A DNA stretch of 64,000 nucleotides, taken from NCBI GenBank assembly GCA_016748015.1, contig JAAOMT010000514.1, forward strand, positions 356,924-420,923. Direction: 5' to 3'. Source of the stretch: Geosiphon pyriformis uo1. Its lineage: Eukaryota; Fungi; Glomeromycota. Below, in pieces: positions 49,663 through 64,000 of this stretch. The first letter of the stretch is position 1. Each line of letters begins with the position of its first letter. A program made the position numbers and the translations under genes. The notes under the pieces are model-generated. The model searched no databases and was not told the DNA's origin. It saw nothing but the letters and a program-made list of their open reading frames with translations.

Positions 49663-52600
49663 ATGAATTCCCCACAAGCAGAACTAGGACAAGATTCGTA
49701 CACCGGAAATAACCCCGGAGGTTCACCACAACACGAAACAAGATATTTCTCTTCCAAAAGGTTTGTTCTCGGTATTTCTTTTCATAGTAGTAAAAAAAAT
49801 ACTGTTGACCTTTATATATTTTTAATGCAAAATGATCCCTGGGTTGGAGAGTGATGGATTTTTTATCCATCAAGTTTTCATTCAGATCTTGATATTTTCT
49901 AAATTATTCATCTTGTAGATTTGCCTAATTTGATTTCATTTTTAACCTTCCCATTGTTATTTTTAGAGCCCGTGAAATCCAAGCTGAAGAAGGAATCACC
50001 TCACCTTATCGTTCTGCTGCTCTCCCGCCACCTTCACTTTCAACTAGTGGCGCTTTTAACAATGGGACCCTTTTATCAGATTCCAATGCTTCTGCTGCGA
50101 CTATAGAATTCCTCAAGTCTGTCACCAGTAAATCGGTATCAAATTCTAATGGCACCAATAATGATCACCTTTCTCCATATCCACCTTCTTTTCGTCGTGC
50201 TCGTGCTGATACTCTTCCATCAAATTTATCTGGTGCTCGACCTCCCTTTTCCATTGGACATCATCCAGCATCTTCTCTCTCTATCTCATCTATACCTAAT
50301 CAACCATCTTCAAACTTTCTTTCCCCACAAAAAGCTTCCTCGCGTCTTCGTTCAGGTTCATTGACCTTACCTTCATCATCCTTATCTGCAGCATTTGGCC
50401 CATCTATCTTTACCACCGGATGGTCTGATCATCGTAATGAAAATAATGGGCCTCCTACACCACCAATGCAAACACCTACTACGGGTGATTTATTGCGTGG
50501 TGACGAAAATAACACTGTTGGAAAGACCTTGGATTATTTGGGCTTGGATGATAATGAGCATGCCACTCTCAACGCATTATCAAAACTTGCGGGAAATCCT
50601 AACCTCCCACAGATTAAAGTAGATATGAAAAATGCATCTTCCTCACCATATTCACAATCATCTGCTTTATCAGCCATCCCAGCACTTCGTCGGGATGCAA
50701 ACCGTATTCGCTCTTACTCAGTTTCGGCTACCGCTAAATATGAAGATTCACCAGTTCCTAATGCCGCATTAGCCGCTAATACCTTATTTCCTCCTGGTAA
50801 TGCAGCAGTGCAACAATTTCATCAGACACATTCACGACCACGCGCTATCAGCCTTGGAATTTTAGATTTGCCAAATGATATTACGATGCTTAGACAAGCT
50901 AGGAATGGCCAGATTTATACTGAAATGCCCGAACCATCACAACCAGCATCCTCTCGTTCTATGGGTGGTGAACAATTAATTGGTATGATGGTTAGTGGTA
51001 TGATGGAAGGAAAGAAAAAGCAACAGCAACAGATTCATGTCGAAGATGATTATCTAGTGGATCATATTGAACATGAGGTATTTAAAGCATGCAGTTCGTT
51101 TGGTACACTGGTAAAAAAAAATGTATCAAAACTTGTTGACACATTTTTAACTTTTCCTGATTCAGCTCTCACGTTCTGGCCTATCAAGTCCTCGTGCTCT
51201 CGCATCTGATCATTCACAGCAAAGTACACCGCCTCCTCAAACTCCAACACGATCTTTATGGATTGGTAACATTGATCCGGCTCTTACCGCACAAGATTTA
51301 ATCCAACTTTTTTCTCCCTATGGAAACATCGAAAGTTTACGTTTACTACCTGATAAAGAATGTGGTTTCGTCAACTTTGTTCGTGTTGATGACGCAGTTC
51401 GAGCAAAAGATGATATCATGAATCGAATGGGTGGTAGAGTTGGAAACTGCATTGTCCGCGTTGGATATGGAAAAGCTGATGCATTGAGCCCACATGATCT
51501 TTCTCCATCTTTACAAACTCAACTACAACCTACTCGTGCTTTATGGGTAGGCAATATACCTACCTCGACAACTCCGCAGACTCTGCAAAATATTTTTGCT
51601 CCATACGGCGCCATTGAATCTGCCAGAGTTCTAACACATAAAAATTGTGGATTTGTTAACTTTGAGAGATTAGATGACGCAATTAAAGCTAAGAAATTAT
51701 TGCATGGTAAAGAGGTGTTAGGAAGTGCTGTTGGTCCTGTTAGAATCGGTTATGCCAAAGTCCAACCAAAACCTTCACCTTCATCGACTCCGGAACCAGG
51801 ATCACCGGCTACACGTCACATTCGTAATCTCTCCTCATCATCTTCCTCATCTAACAATCAGATGTCAGGACAATGGAATGGACAAGTTGAAAATTATCAT
51901 AACAATATGGTAATGATGATAACTGGTGGGACGAATTCTAATGCCGATTTGACTGAAAAACAAGTGATGATGCGCGAATTAAGTGGAGGTGTTGATGATG
52001 ATATTGATGATGTCCATGGTAAATCATTTTGCAATACAAAACGAATCAAATTGAAATTTGTAGACAAGAAGCTCAAAATATAATTCTTTTTTTCTTTATG
52101 ATTAAAGATAATCGGCCGCCTACCACCTATTTCACATCTATACCACCTGTTGGTGATCCGAATCCTAATAGGAAACCAGATGCTTCCAGATTGCGTGAGA
52201 TCAGAAAACGATTAGACAGTGGACATTGTTCTGCTAAAGAAGTTGAAGCCATTGCTTCAGAGATTTTAGAGGAATGCGTAGAGTTGTCGAGCGGTAAGCT
52301 ATATTCGTTTAGTTCATTTCTCACAGCTTATCCATATAATCCTCAACATTTGACAATTTTTTGACTTAGATTATATCGGAAATACTGTAATTCAGAAATT
52401 ATTTGAGCGATGTTCTGAAAATACAAAAACTAAAATGCTCGAAAAGATTGCCCCTCACATGGCAACCATTGGTATTCATAAGAATGGAACCTGGGCTGCC
52501 CAAAAAATTATCGATTGTGCAAAGACACCATCACAAGTAAGGGGTTTTATTATCATGATGTTTATCGAAATAGGTTTCAATAAATTCATTTTCACTACCT

Positions 52601-54156
52601 ATTAGATGAATCTCATCACTACAAAAGTTAAGCCCTATACCCCACCATTACTTCTTGACCAATTTGGAAACTACGTGGTTCAATGTTGTCTTCGACTGGG
52701 CACCCAGAGAAACCAATTTATCTTTGACGCCATGGTAGATAGATGCTGGGATGTGGCCCAAGGCCGTTTTGGTGCGCGTGCTATGAGAGCATGTTTAGAG
52801 AGTCAGTATGTGAGCAAAAAACAGCAGGTATGAAATGAAAGATTTAATTTCACTCGACCAAGATTTCTATCTAACAATTTTGATTTTTTTCATATGTAGA
52901 AACAAGTTGCCATTGCTATTGTGATGAATTCTGTTCCTCTTGCAACTAATCCGAATGGTGCACTTTTGTTGACTTGGCTCCTTGACACCTCTTCATTCCC
53001 TGGCCGTTATCGAATTCTCGCTCCCCGACTAGGACCACACTTGGCCCATTTGTGTACTCATAAACTTGCCTCATTGACCGTTCTCAAGATCATCAATCAA
53101 CGTCAAGAGCCTGATGCCCGTGACTTGACCATTAGATCATTGTTCTTTTCGGCAAATGATCAAGTATTGGAAGACGTGCTCAATGATCAAGTCCACGGAG
53201 TTGGTGTGGTTCAAAAAGTACTTAGTAGCCCTTATATTGATCCCATGGAGAAACAACGACTAGCTGAAAAAGTTAAGATGGTATTGGGCAAACTCAAGGT
53301 TCAACAAGTTCAAGGGTATAAACGGCTATTGGAGGAATTAGGGATGGTGGGTGATCCGAATGTTAATGGATCGCCGTTAAATGGTGTCTCCTCACCTATT
53401 GGCATTCCGCCTCAAGGAATTTACTCTACTGCTGTACAACCAGATTTTGCAACTGCCGCCGCATATTATGCTGCTGCACAGGTAGCATTTGCCAATCAAC
53501 ACATGCAACATGCTGCTAGTAGTCCATCTTCGGAGAATCCTTCTTCCTCACCACTTGATCAACTTGCAGCGCAGTCATCATCTACTATTCTATCACCTAC
53601 GAGTGAACATTCTTCGACTCCATCATCAACATCAGGACCAGTATCTAGTCAAATGAATTCGGCACCCAACGGGAACTTTCCACCTCCAACACCAATGTTC
53701 ATGAATAATATGCCAATGTCTCCTCATCCACATTCACCATTTCCACCAGCTTCTCCTTATCCTCACATGAGTCCCTTCCCACCTTTCATCCATCCTTCAG
53801 CATTGGCAGCTGTAGCGGCCGGTATGTATGGTCATCCTGCGATGTTCAGCCCAGCTGCCTATCCTTACATGTTCGCAGCCAGTGGTGGGATACCGCCACC
53901 CATCTTAAATGCAGGGCCTCCAACTCCGGTTAATACGACGATAACGAATCCACAAATGCTTGCTTTCTTTCAACAACAGCAACAAATGTTACAACACCCG
54001 CAACAACAGATGCTTGAACAGCAACACTCACAGCTGCCACAATCATCCACAGGGAGTGATGCGCAGGCGCAGTCTTCACCACAATTAGTAATTACTGATA
54101 CCCTTGCGCAATCTTCAGCCATAAAAGTTGAGTTGCCAGTGCAAGCTCAACAATAA
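49663..54156 (+). CDS. JSN1: JSN1/PUF2-like RNA-binding protein (2 RRMs + Pumilio repeats + P/Q-rich tail), 7 exons: 49663-49760, 49967-51077, 51166-52018, 52108-52293, 52370-52536, 52606-52827, 52900-54156 (~1297 aa)
   Basis: TRSLWIGN..KECGFVNF and TRALWVGN..KNCGFVNF RRMs; DYIGNTVIQK, HKNGTWAAQK, DQFGNYVVQC, GRFGARAMR PUF repeats; all introns GT-AG and phase-consistent (3894 nt). Confidence 0.93.
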
Positions 54157-55125
54157 ACGATTTTATCAAGCTTCATAAAAGAAATTTGAATCATTTTCGA
54201 TGTAACGGAGATATCCTAATATTTTTATTGTTATCGGAAGAACTTTAACTTGAATAGAAAAGGGTGGGAACCATCCGAAAATTTTGTATCTTTTTTTTTT
54301 GAATCAGTTATGGTAATTTTAAAAACTTCAACCTCACGATGGTAAGGACAGAAAAGACCAACAACCCTTATATGCCATCATGTATAGTTTTTCTTCGCTC
54401 CTGTCTCTCTCTTTAATATAATTTTCTGTGTGTTTGGGAGTCTGTATTTTTGTTAATTTTTGTGTTATTACTTAGAGGAAGGGGCGTGTGTGGGTTTTTG
54501 TTTTTTTATTTGTCTTTATTATATTCACACAAAAAATTCAGCATTTCAATTTTTCTTGATTCTAACACATTCATTTTTGCTTTTCCTTAATATATGTTGT
54601 TATTGTTTTAATGTGGTTTTTCACATGCAATAATAAACTCACTTTGCAAATAACTTTGTTGAGTGGGACGTTCTTAATTGCTTTTTGGATCAGTGATTTG
54701 AAAAAGTAAAAATGTATTACAAAAATTAAAATTAAAAAGCATTTTAATTAACAAAACTTAAATAGTGAATTCAAATAATTTAAATAATCAAAAAATTGTT
54801 ATTCAAACTTAAAATTTTAATAATTGAGTGTTTTAAAATAAAAAACCTTTATTGTTGCAATTTAAACATTTAAATTTAAATTAATTAAAATAAATGGTAT
54901 TATTTTTTTTGTTTATGTAAACATAATTTAAGCACAATTTATTGTAATAATGCATATACATAAATTAATATATTCAACAAAAAACAAATTTAAAAAAATT
55001 GGCCAATTATTTTTTTTTATTTAAGACAATTAAAAATTTATATATTTTATTAAAATTCAATTAAAACCAAACTTTAAATTTAAGTTTTCAAAAAAACAAG
55101 TTTTATTTTTATTTAACAAGAATAT

Positions 55126-55201
55126 TATTATAGTTAAAAACCATAATTTTATTAATTATTATATATAATAATTACTAATGTTATATAATTAGTTATTTTA
55201 T
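55126..55201 (+). repeat. 5' fragment of an extremely decayed family A LTR, target of A3
   Basis: Resembles the LTR start with nearly all C>T/G>A; preceded by ATAT. Confidence 0.7.
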
Positions 55202-58200
55202 TATTATAAGTTAGAATAACAAGCTAATAGATAGCAAGAAAGAACAGTATTATAGAGTAATAAAAGTAATCAAAAAGAATTTTACAATAAGAAAGCAAAT
55301 TAAATAAATATAGATTTAATATGTATGATCAGTCTTATAAAAATTACAGTTGTAAATCTTTTTTGGAAATCTAAAGATAGAAAAATAATCTGTAATTGTT
55401 AACAAAATAACATTACTGTTATTATTTTATGTCTTAACTTAGCAATTTTTAAAATTAATAACAGTGCTTTTAATTATTTTTTTATTTAATAAATTACAAA
55501 AGCAAGTAATTACTTTTTAAGTTAATTATAATAATATAAATCAAGAAAGAAAAAAGATAAAGTATGTAAATATTAACAAAAAATTTTTTATCCCAAAATA
55601 TTCAAATACTTAAAGATAAGAGAAAAAAATAAATATAAGAAAAAGTAATTAATAATAGGTTTTATTTTATTACTTTAATTATGTTTTTTATAATTAAAAA
55701 TTTTATTTATTTATATAGTTATTGAAAGTAGTTAATAATCAGATTAGTAATTAAGTTAACAATCAGATTATTGATTAGGTTAATAATTAAGTTAATAATT
55801 AAGTTAATAGTTAGATTAATAATTAAATCATTAATTAGATTAATAATTATCTAAAAATAGAATAATTAATTATATAACATTAGTAATTAATATATATAAT
55901 AATTAATAAAAACTATGAATTTTAACCATAATATTATCTTTATTAAAAAGATTAAGCTTTAGTAAAATTAAATTATTTATAAGATATTCTATTTAAAGAG
56001 TTTTATTTAACTTAAAACTAACTAGTTTGGTAGTTTTTTGTAAATAAAATATATAATATTTGAGATGAAATAAGTTTTGTATTTAGAAAACCAAATTTTT
56101 GTATAAAACTTTTGGCTTTTCTAACAATAATTAAAACTTTTAGAATATTTAATTATATAATACTTAGAATTTCTATTTATATCACAAAAGTTGTTTTTTT
56201 ATAAGCTTTATATTTTCTATAATTTTATTAAGTTAACCATAAAGTTCTAATTATTTTCTATATGACAAATTTTTGTTTATAGGCAAAATTTTTTTAATTA
56301 TTTTTTCAAGTATATTGGAAAGTGATAATATGTTTGCTGTTATGCTTTCAAGCAAATATTTATTTATCTTACTATCAATTTTTTATTTTTTAGTAGTAGT
56401 TTTCTTTAGTTTAATAACAATATGTATTCTATTATTATTGGTTATAATAATTTGTTTTCCAATAATTAGAATAGCATTTAAATAATTTTTAGTTTAATAT
56501 TTATGGAAAGTATAAAAAACATTTTAAATGTTTTGATCTTAGAAATAATTGTTTATATTGATTAAAAATATTTCTGTTTTGGAAATAGTATATTTATTTA
56601 TATCTAATTTTTGTTAATTATTTAGGCCAATATTATTACAATAAATAACTAATCAGATTATTTGTAATATTTTTTAAGTTGTATATCATGAACAAAATAA
56701 TTATTGAAAATTGTTTTATATTGATTTTGTAAATATAAAAACTATTGTTTAAAATTTTGTTGACTATAAAAAGTTTTTTTCATTGGTTAGAAAATTTATT
56801 ACTATAGACATTGTTTTTGTTTAAGTGGTATTTTAAAATTAAATTACTAATATTTAAAGAAAGTGTTTTATAAATTTTTTTTTCTTAAGCTTTTTTTGAA
56901 ACTGTTTTATTTTTTTTAAAAACAATTATTTGTGCTTTTATTAATAAGTCAAAAATAATATCAAGTTTTTTTTGTAAAATTTTTTTGTAATTTCTTATTG
57001 TGATTTTTTTAAAAAGTATTGTTTCAATATTTGTTTTTATTAATAAAGTTGTTATTCATTTATAAAACAAATAAAAAGATTTATAATTTGTTATATTATG
57101 ATTTACAGTTCTATAAGCAAACAAAGCTAAAGACAATACTTTGTTTTATAAATTTGTTTTTTTACTAGTTTTGGTTAAAATTTTATATAATTTTTTATTA
57201 AATTATTTTACTAAATTATTTGTTTGAGAAAAAAATTTATAATATATTGTTATGGTTAAAACTTATACTTCTTATTAATTATCACATGTATTAGCCATTG
57301 ATGTCACATAAATTAGCCACTCTATTTTTAGTAAGTGATCATTGACCTGATCATTGATCTGATTATTGACCTAGTTGTTGACCTGATCATTGACCACTTT
57401 TAACAGCTATATAAGTGATGAATCTTTTAGCTATAGAAAAGCATAAAAAAATCAAAGAAATCAAATAAATAAAATAACAACTTTCATCTCAATCTGTTTC
57501 TTATTGCTAATTTCCCTTTTCCTACTTTCAAGTATCTGAACATCTTAAAGATAAAAAATTACTTGTTGGTTAATTCTTACCCTTTTCCTGAAACATATAA
57601 GTGTAGTATTTGAAAATTATTGAATAAAACATGACTGAAGAGCATATTTGATACTTGATATTAAATTCTAAGAGTGCTGACATGAGGCATAGAATTATAC
57701 CAAGTGTGATCATTTGTTGACAGTATGGACTATTCCTCTACCTTCAGATTCTCTAGTTACCTTTGAAAAAAATAGCAACTGAGATATTTTATGAGACTGA
57801 TCTCACACATTGAATCTATACTCATTCAATTTGCTCTTTGAAGTTAAATTTCCTTTGATTATTTTCATCACCCTACAATCCTGTTCTTCTTTGCTATCTA
57901 TTAGCTTGTTACTCCAACCCATAACAATATTTTCATTTTTCTACAAAATTTTTTAATCAGTATACTGAGAAAAGCTTTTTTTTTATTAAATAAAATTTTT
58001 TTTGAATAGTCATAACAACAAATAATATCTTTATAAATAAAATTGGTTATTGAAATTGCTGTTTGATCTAAAGTGGTTTTTGTTTTTACTTACTTTATAA
58101 AATAATTAATAACTGTAATAATATATCTGTTATTATTAAAAATTCAACAATATTTATACCAATTCTGTCAAATAGTTGGCCAACAAAAATTAGATAAATG

Positions 58201-58824
58201 TTTTTTTTACAATTGGGTTTTTTTCTTCTTTAACAGATATTACAGATTTTGATATAATTAGCAATATTTTTTTTTAAAATAGACCAATAATAATAAGCTA
58301 AAGTCTTTTAAATTGTTTTTTTAAAGTGTTTAGCTAATGGATTAGTATGTATATTATAGATTATAATTTTTTTTTCTTTAAATCTAATAACTTTTTAGAA
58401 GTGGTCAGAATCTTTTCTATTTTTTTGTATAATTGGTTTTGGTAGATTAAATAAAAATTTGATTGTTTTTACAAATATTTTTTGCTATTAAGTGTAGTTT
58501 GGTAGATATTGTCTTTTATTTAAAAATTTTATTAAAACAGAATGGTTGTTTAAATTTATTATTATGTTTGGTTAAGATAGAATTATTAATAATTAAGTTG
58601 GTTTGGTTTGCAAAGATTGTTTTATTACTGAATAAAAAATTTAGAAAAAACATCAGTGTTTTGATAATTTGCTTTATTATAATATTATATGTTATAGTCA
58701 AATTTATTTGTTTGTGTTTTAGCTTTTTTTTTTTAAACAACCAAACCAAAGCTTAATAATTTGTTATTATCAAGAATTTGACACTAAGAAGATATTTATT
58801 CCAGTAATTAATAGTTTATATTAT
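55202..58824 (-). mobile_element. Ty3/gypsy family A, copy A3 (3' LTR 55202-55933, ORF3, IN, end of RNase H); extremely AT-shifted; cut by A4
   Basis: Reverse-collinear with A1 ~4160-6430; LVWLFKKKKLKHKQI matches A1. Confidence 0.9.
57248..57926 (+). mobile_element. Solo LTR, family A, inside A3 integrase
   Basis: TGTTAT...ATAACA termini, TSD ATAT. Confidence 0.93.
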
Positions 58825-61800
58825 TATTATAGTTGAAATTCATACTTTTTATTAATTATTACATGTATTAGCCACTGATGTCATACAATTAGCCAACCTA
58901 TTTTTAAATAGTAATTATTGATTTGATCAATAACCTGACTGTTGACCAGATTATTGACTTGATCATTGACCACTTTTGATAACTATATAAGCAATAAATT
59001 TTTTAGCTGTAGAAAAGGCATGTCAAAAAACAAAATATATTATAAATTAAGGAAATTAAATAAATAAAATAACAACTTTTATCTCAATTCTTTTCTTATT
59101 GCTAATTTTTTTTTCCTATCTTCAAGTATCCAAACATCTTGAGATAAAAAATTACTTGTTGGTTATTCCCTACCTTTTTCTAAAACATATAATTGTAGCA
59201 TTTAAAGATTATTGAATAAAATATAACTAAAAAGTATATTTGATACTTGGTATTGAATTCTAAAAGCACTGATGTAAAACATAGAATTATACCAGTGTGA
59301 ATTATTTGTTAACAGTACAGACTATCTTTTTACTTTTAGATTCTTCAGTTATCTTTTGAAAAAAATAGCAACTGATATATTTTATAAAACTGATCTTACA
59401 TATTGAATTTATACTTATTCAATTCAGTCTTTAAGGTTGAATTCTTTTTGATTCTTTTTATCACCCTACAATTCTGTTCTTCTTTGCTATCCATTAGCTT
59501 GTTACTCCAACCTATAACATAAAAGTGGTGCTTTCTGTAAAGTTGTCATAATTCACTTTGTTTTCTATTGTATGGGTAATTATTTATATTTATCACAACA
59601 ATCAGAAAAACACTTTGAAACACACAACAAAAATGATCTAGACTTTATTAAACTTAATCTTTTGCCCTCTTGCTTGATTTGTTTTCCTATAGAAGAACAA
59701 TCTAGTAGACAATTTTAAGACTTTTGAAACTGGTTCTTGAATAAACATTTAGCTGAAACCTACACAGTTTATACAACTTATTATTTTGACCAAGCTTATT
59801 TTGAAGACAACTTTGAAGAAAGAAACAACAGTATCAATTAACTTTTATATTCTACAACTTTTAAACAACAGCCCCCTAATTCTGAATACTTAAATCACCA
59901 AATTCATATCTGAATTGCTGCCTATTAGCTAGTTGAAACTCCTTTTGAAACAGAAAAAGAAAGTTATCAAACTGCTCCTGTTTTTGATCTCTTCTCAAAT
60001 GAATCAGAACACTTCACACAAACAGTTACTCCTGAATCAATGGTTTAAGATCCTATACAACAAAACATTCTGGTCGCTTTTCAAGGCATACAAACTGCTT
60101 TAGGACAAAAAAACAATACTCTATTATCATTATTCAGAGATAATGCCTAAGATTTAATTGAATAGTTAGATAACTTTAAAAGAGCTGTTACAGCCAATCA
60201 TTATGATAATAAATACAAGTTTCAAATTGTTGGTGGCTATCTTCAGGGCTCTTCTGCTATTTAGTTCTTACAAAAAACCAATGCCAATGCTTAACAAAAA
60301 ATTATTAAATGGACACTAGCAAATGCTGGAGAAGATAACATCTCTTTTACTATCTGGTTTGAAATGAAATTTAAAACTTCTATCTTAATATCCAAATGGC
60401 ATATGAAATTAGAAAAATAAACTCAAGATCCTAATGAAGTTGTGACTGAATATGCCAAAGTCATTAGAAAACTAATCAAATAAGTAGACTCTAAAAAAAA
60501 CTGGACAGAAGAACAGAAAATTCATTTCTTTACAAAAGAATTAAGAACTGATTTCTTATATGTTCTTTGGCCTTTTCTGGCCCTGAAAGATAATTTTACA
60601 ATAGATATAGCCATTGAACTTGCCCAACAAATTGAAGATAACCAAAGAATGCACTTAGGATCTACACTACCAGTTTTTGCTTTTGCTTCTGTTATGGTCT
60701 CTGCTCCTTAAATGGCTGCTATTTCTTTCACTGTTCAGACTCCAGATTCCAATAAACAATTGATAAATAGGCTCACAGCTAATTTTGCCTGATTATTAGA
60801 ACTCTTAGCCCAAGCAGTCAAAGATAATCAGCAATCACAAAGACCCAGATTTAAACTCCATTTTAATTAGTTCCAACAATTTTTTTATCAAAAACAGCAA
60901 AATTGTGGCCCACCTGTGTGCTATTGCTGTAGATTAACTAGACACTTTTCCAGAGATTGCAACAATCCTTCATTGCCTTCTCTAATTTCTAGAAACAATA
61001 ACAATTAAACCAACAGAACCATTAACAATAATGTTCTTAATCAAAGACTCAATCATGCCAACATCAATTTCTTTGAAGAGAATCTCTTAGTTAAAGCCAC
61101 TGTTTATTAGCCTTTAAACTAATAGGTGCATTTCCAAAGGGTGAAAGTACAAGCCAACCAGAAGAAAACCTTTTTTATGCTTTTAATCTAACTAGTAATG
61201 ACCATAATATAGATAAATTAACAATCAACACTTTTAAATTAACAAGAAAAAAAAAAAAGCCAAGATTGATTTTGTTCTGGATCCAAACAAAGCATCCAAA
61301 TCAACTGCTGATAACAATAAACTACCAAAGACTAAAGTTTTTAAAAATTTTCCAAAGTTGGAACCCTTAGAAATAGTACAAAAATCTGGCCTCTATTCTA
61401 TTGTTAAAGATCTTATGAAAATTCCAGTACACATTACATTTGGCCAATTAATGACTCATCTACAATTTAGAAAAAATCTTCACAAATCATTAATTCCAAA
61501 GAAAAAAACACCAAAAACCAATAAGTGCTTTTACCAAGCTGAACTTGCTAACAATAGCAATGTTACCCCTCTTTATTTGCAAAACCCAAGTGACTGGTTA
61601 TTTTATTGACTTGATTCTAGACAGTGAATTATCTGTTAGTGTAATTGCCAAACACTTTTTGAAAGCCATTGGAAGAAAGATTGATGAACCTTCTATTTAG
61701 CCTATGACCAATGTACATGATGATAAAAAGAAAGACCTGAGCATAGCTAAAGCTGTTTCTGTTCACATCAATAGCATTAGCATTGAAACTAACATGAAAG

Positions 61801-64000
61801 TATCTAAAGTAAAAAAATATATCATTATTGTTGATAATAAGTGGCTCAAAAAAACCAAAGCACTACTTGACTATAAACTTTGTGAACTAACCATCAAATG
61901 TAGTGAGAAATCCATTGTGGTTAAGTGCTGTCATTAAACAACTCTTCTAGTAACAAAAAGAAAAACAATTAGATGAATCAGATAATGATAAGAGCAATAA
62001 TAAAGAAAAAGAACAAAAAAAAACTGTTAAACTCACTTATACCATCTTTATCAGCAATAACAAGCCACTAAACAATGTTAAAGCTGACAAAGAAGGAATC
62101 ATGGTAAATAAAAAGCTAATCTGCTGGCCCTACTATGATATTTTCAGAAGAATCTTTGATAAAAAGCCTGGCAAAAAAGCTAAATACAGCTATTGGTAGG
62201 ATAGTCCTTGTGCCAGATGCTGGTGCAATAAACTTTTGTATTCTCTTAGTGATAAATGCAAGTCCTGTCTGATCTATTACAAAGATTGGGAGCCAATTAG
62301 TTTAATACTCAGAAAAAAACTAAAAAAAGTACAAAAGTTTTTTGAAAATAAACCACCTGAAATCAATCACTAGTTATAGAACAAAAAAAACCTTTTTCTA
62401 AAGAAAGAAAAATAGACATTGAAAATCTGTTGGCTAAAAATAACTCAGTTATCTCAAAAAAAATGATACCCTTAGACAAACTCATATAATACAACATACT
62501 ATTATCACTAAAAAACTTGTCTTATTCATTTGAAGTCTTATTAATTAAATTGACACAATAATAAGTTTATCAAGAAAAAAATAAACTAGATGAAAGATCT
62601 TGAATTTATACAAAAAACCAAGAATAAATGAACTTTTCAGTTGTAATAGTATCCAAAAAAGATGGAACCCTATGCTTCTATGTTGACTACAGGTAATTAA
62701 ATGCTATTACTATAAGAGACATGTACTTATTCCCCAAAATTGATGCAATACTAGATAAATTCAATGGTGCTGCTTTTTTCTCAACTATTGACTTAACTGC
62801 TGAATTCTGGCAAGTAGAGATGGATCCAAAAAACAAAAAAAAAACTGTTTTCATTACCAAGTATGGCATCTATAAATTCACAGTTATGTCTTTTGGTCTC
62901 ACCAATATCCCTCCCACTTTTCAATGCCTAATAGACAAAGTATTTGAATCAGTAAAAGAAAACTTTGTTCTGGTTTACTTAGATAACATAATGATCTACT
63001 CAAAAACCTGGGATAAATATCTTGAACATTTGTAGAAAGTTTTTGATTTGCTCAGAAATGCTGGCCTTAAGATCAACCCAATTAAATCTTTCTTTAAACA
63101 CCAATCCACCCAGTTCCTTGGTCATTTTATTACAAAAGATAGAATCTTCTCTGATTCAGTTAAAGTTAAAAAAGTTCAAAACATTAGACAACTAATGAAC
63201 ATTTCTGAACTACACTCTTTCCTTGGTTTGGCTTCTTATTATCACAAATTTATTAAGGATTTCTTCAAAATTGTCTTTTCTTTCAATTAGCTACTTAGGA
63301 AAAATGTTAATTATCACTGGAACACTCATCAACAAAAAGCTTTTGAAATTCTGAAGAAAAAACTTGTTATTAAACCAATTTTCAAGCAATCTAATCTGGA
63401 CCAATCTTTTATTCTCTACACTGATACATCTAGCTATGAACTTGGTATTGTCCTCTTACAAAAAAATGAAGACAGCAGAAAATATGCTATAATATATGCC
63501 AATAGATCTCTTACACCAGCAAAAAAGAACTATTCAGTAACTGAACAAGAATACTTAGCAGTAGTTTGGGCTACTAGTTACTGGAATCAATATCTTCTTG
63601 GTATAAAATTCTTAGTGGTAATAGATTATCAAGCTTTGGTTTGGCTGTGCAATTAAAAAAAGCTGGAACACAAATGAATAACTCATTGAATACTCTACTT
63701 GGACAAATTCGACTATAATATTTAACACCACAAAGAAGCAAATTATCAAAACACTGATGCTCTTTCTAGATTTACCATTCAGTGATAGTACAAGCTTTTT
63801 AAACCAAACCAACTTAATTATTAGTAACTCCTCTTTTAACAAACACAATAATGGACTTGGACAATTACTCAGTCTTAATAGAATTTTTAAGTAAAAAACA
63901 ATATCCATCAGAATGCCCTTAATAGCAAAGAAAACATTTGTGTAAACAATCAAATTTTTATTTGATTTATCAGAACCAATTATATAAAAGAAACAGAAAA
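58825..64000 (+). mobile_element. Ty3/gypsy family A, copy A4 (5' LTR 58825-59519, PBS 59526, gag, PR, RT, RH, IN start); runs off window
   Basis: Collinear with A1 1-4600. Confidence 0.95.

Overview
Eukaryotic (fungal) genomic window. Gene content and TE style suggest an early-diverging Mucoromycota/Glomeromycota-type fungus; that assignment is inference. Most of the window is nested, decayed retroelements. There are two Ty3/gypsy LTR families. Family A has a -1 frameshift gag-pol and an extra 3' ORF. Family B has a dUTPase and a Cys-rich module between protease and RT, plus a related extra 3' ORF. There is also a full-length APE-RT-RNaseH LINE, a 5'-truncated LINE, and two ~2.3-2.4 kb elements that encode only a LINE ORF1 yet share 5' and 3' end motifs with the LINE (HAL1-like non-autonomous retroposons). 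Repeats show graded C>T/G>A hypermutation, while two intact intron-containing host genes (PAN6 pantothenate synthetase and a JSN1/PUF2-like RRM+Pumilio protein) at 46.2-54.2 kb look untouched. The most interesting signals are the ORF1-only retroposon family, the dUTPase/zinc-finger/ORF3 accessory modules of the gypsy elements, and the RIP-like mutation gradient.
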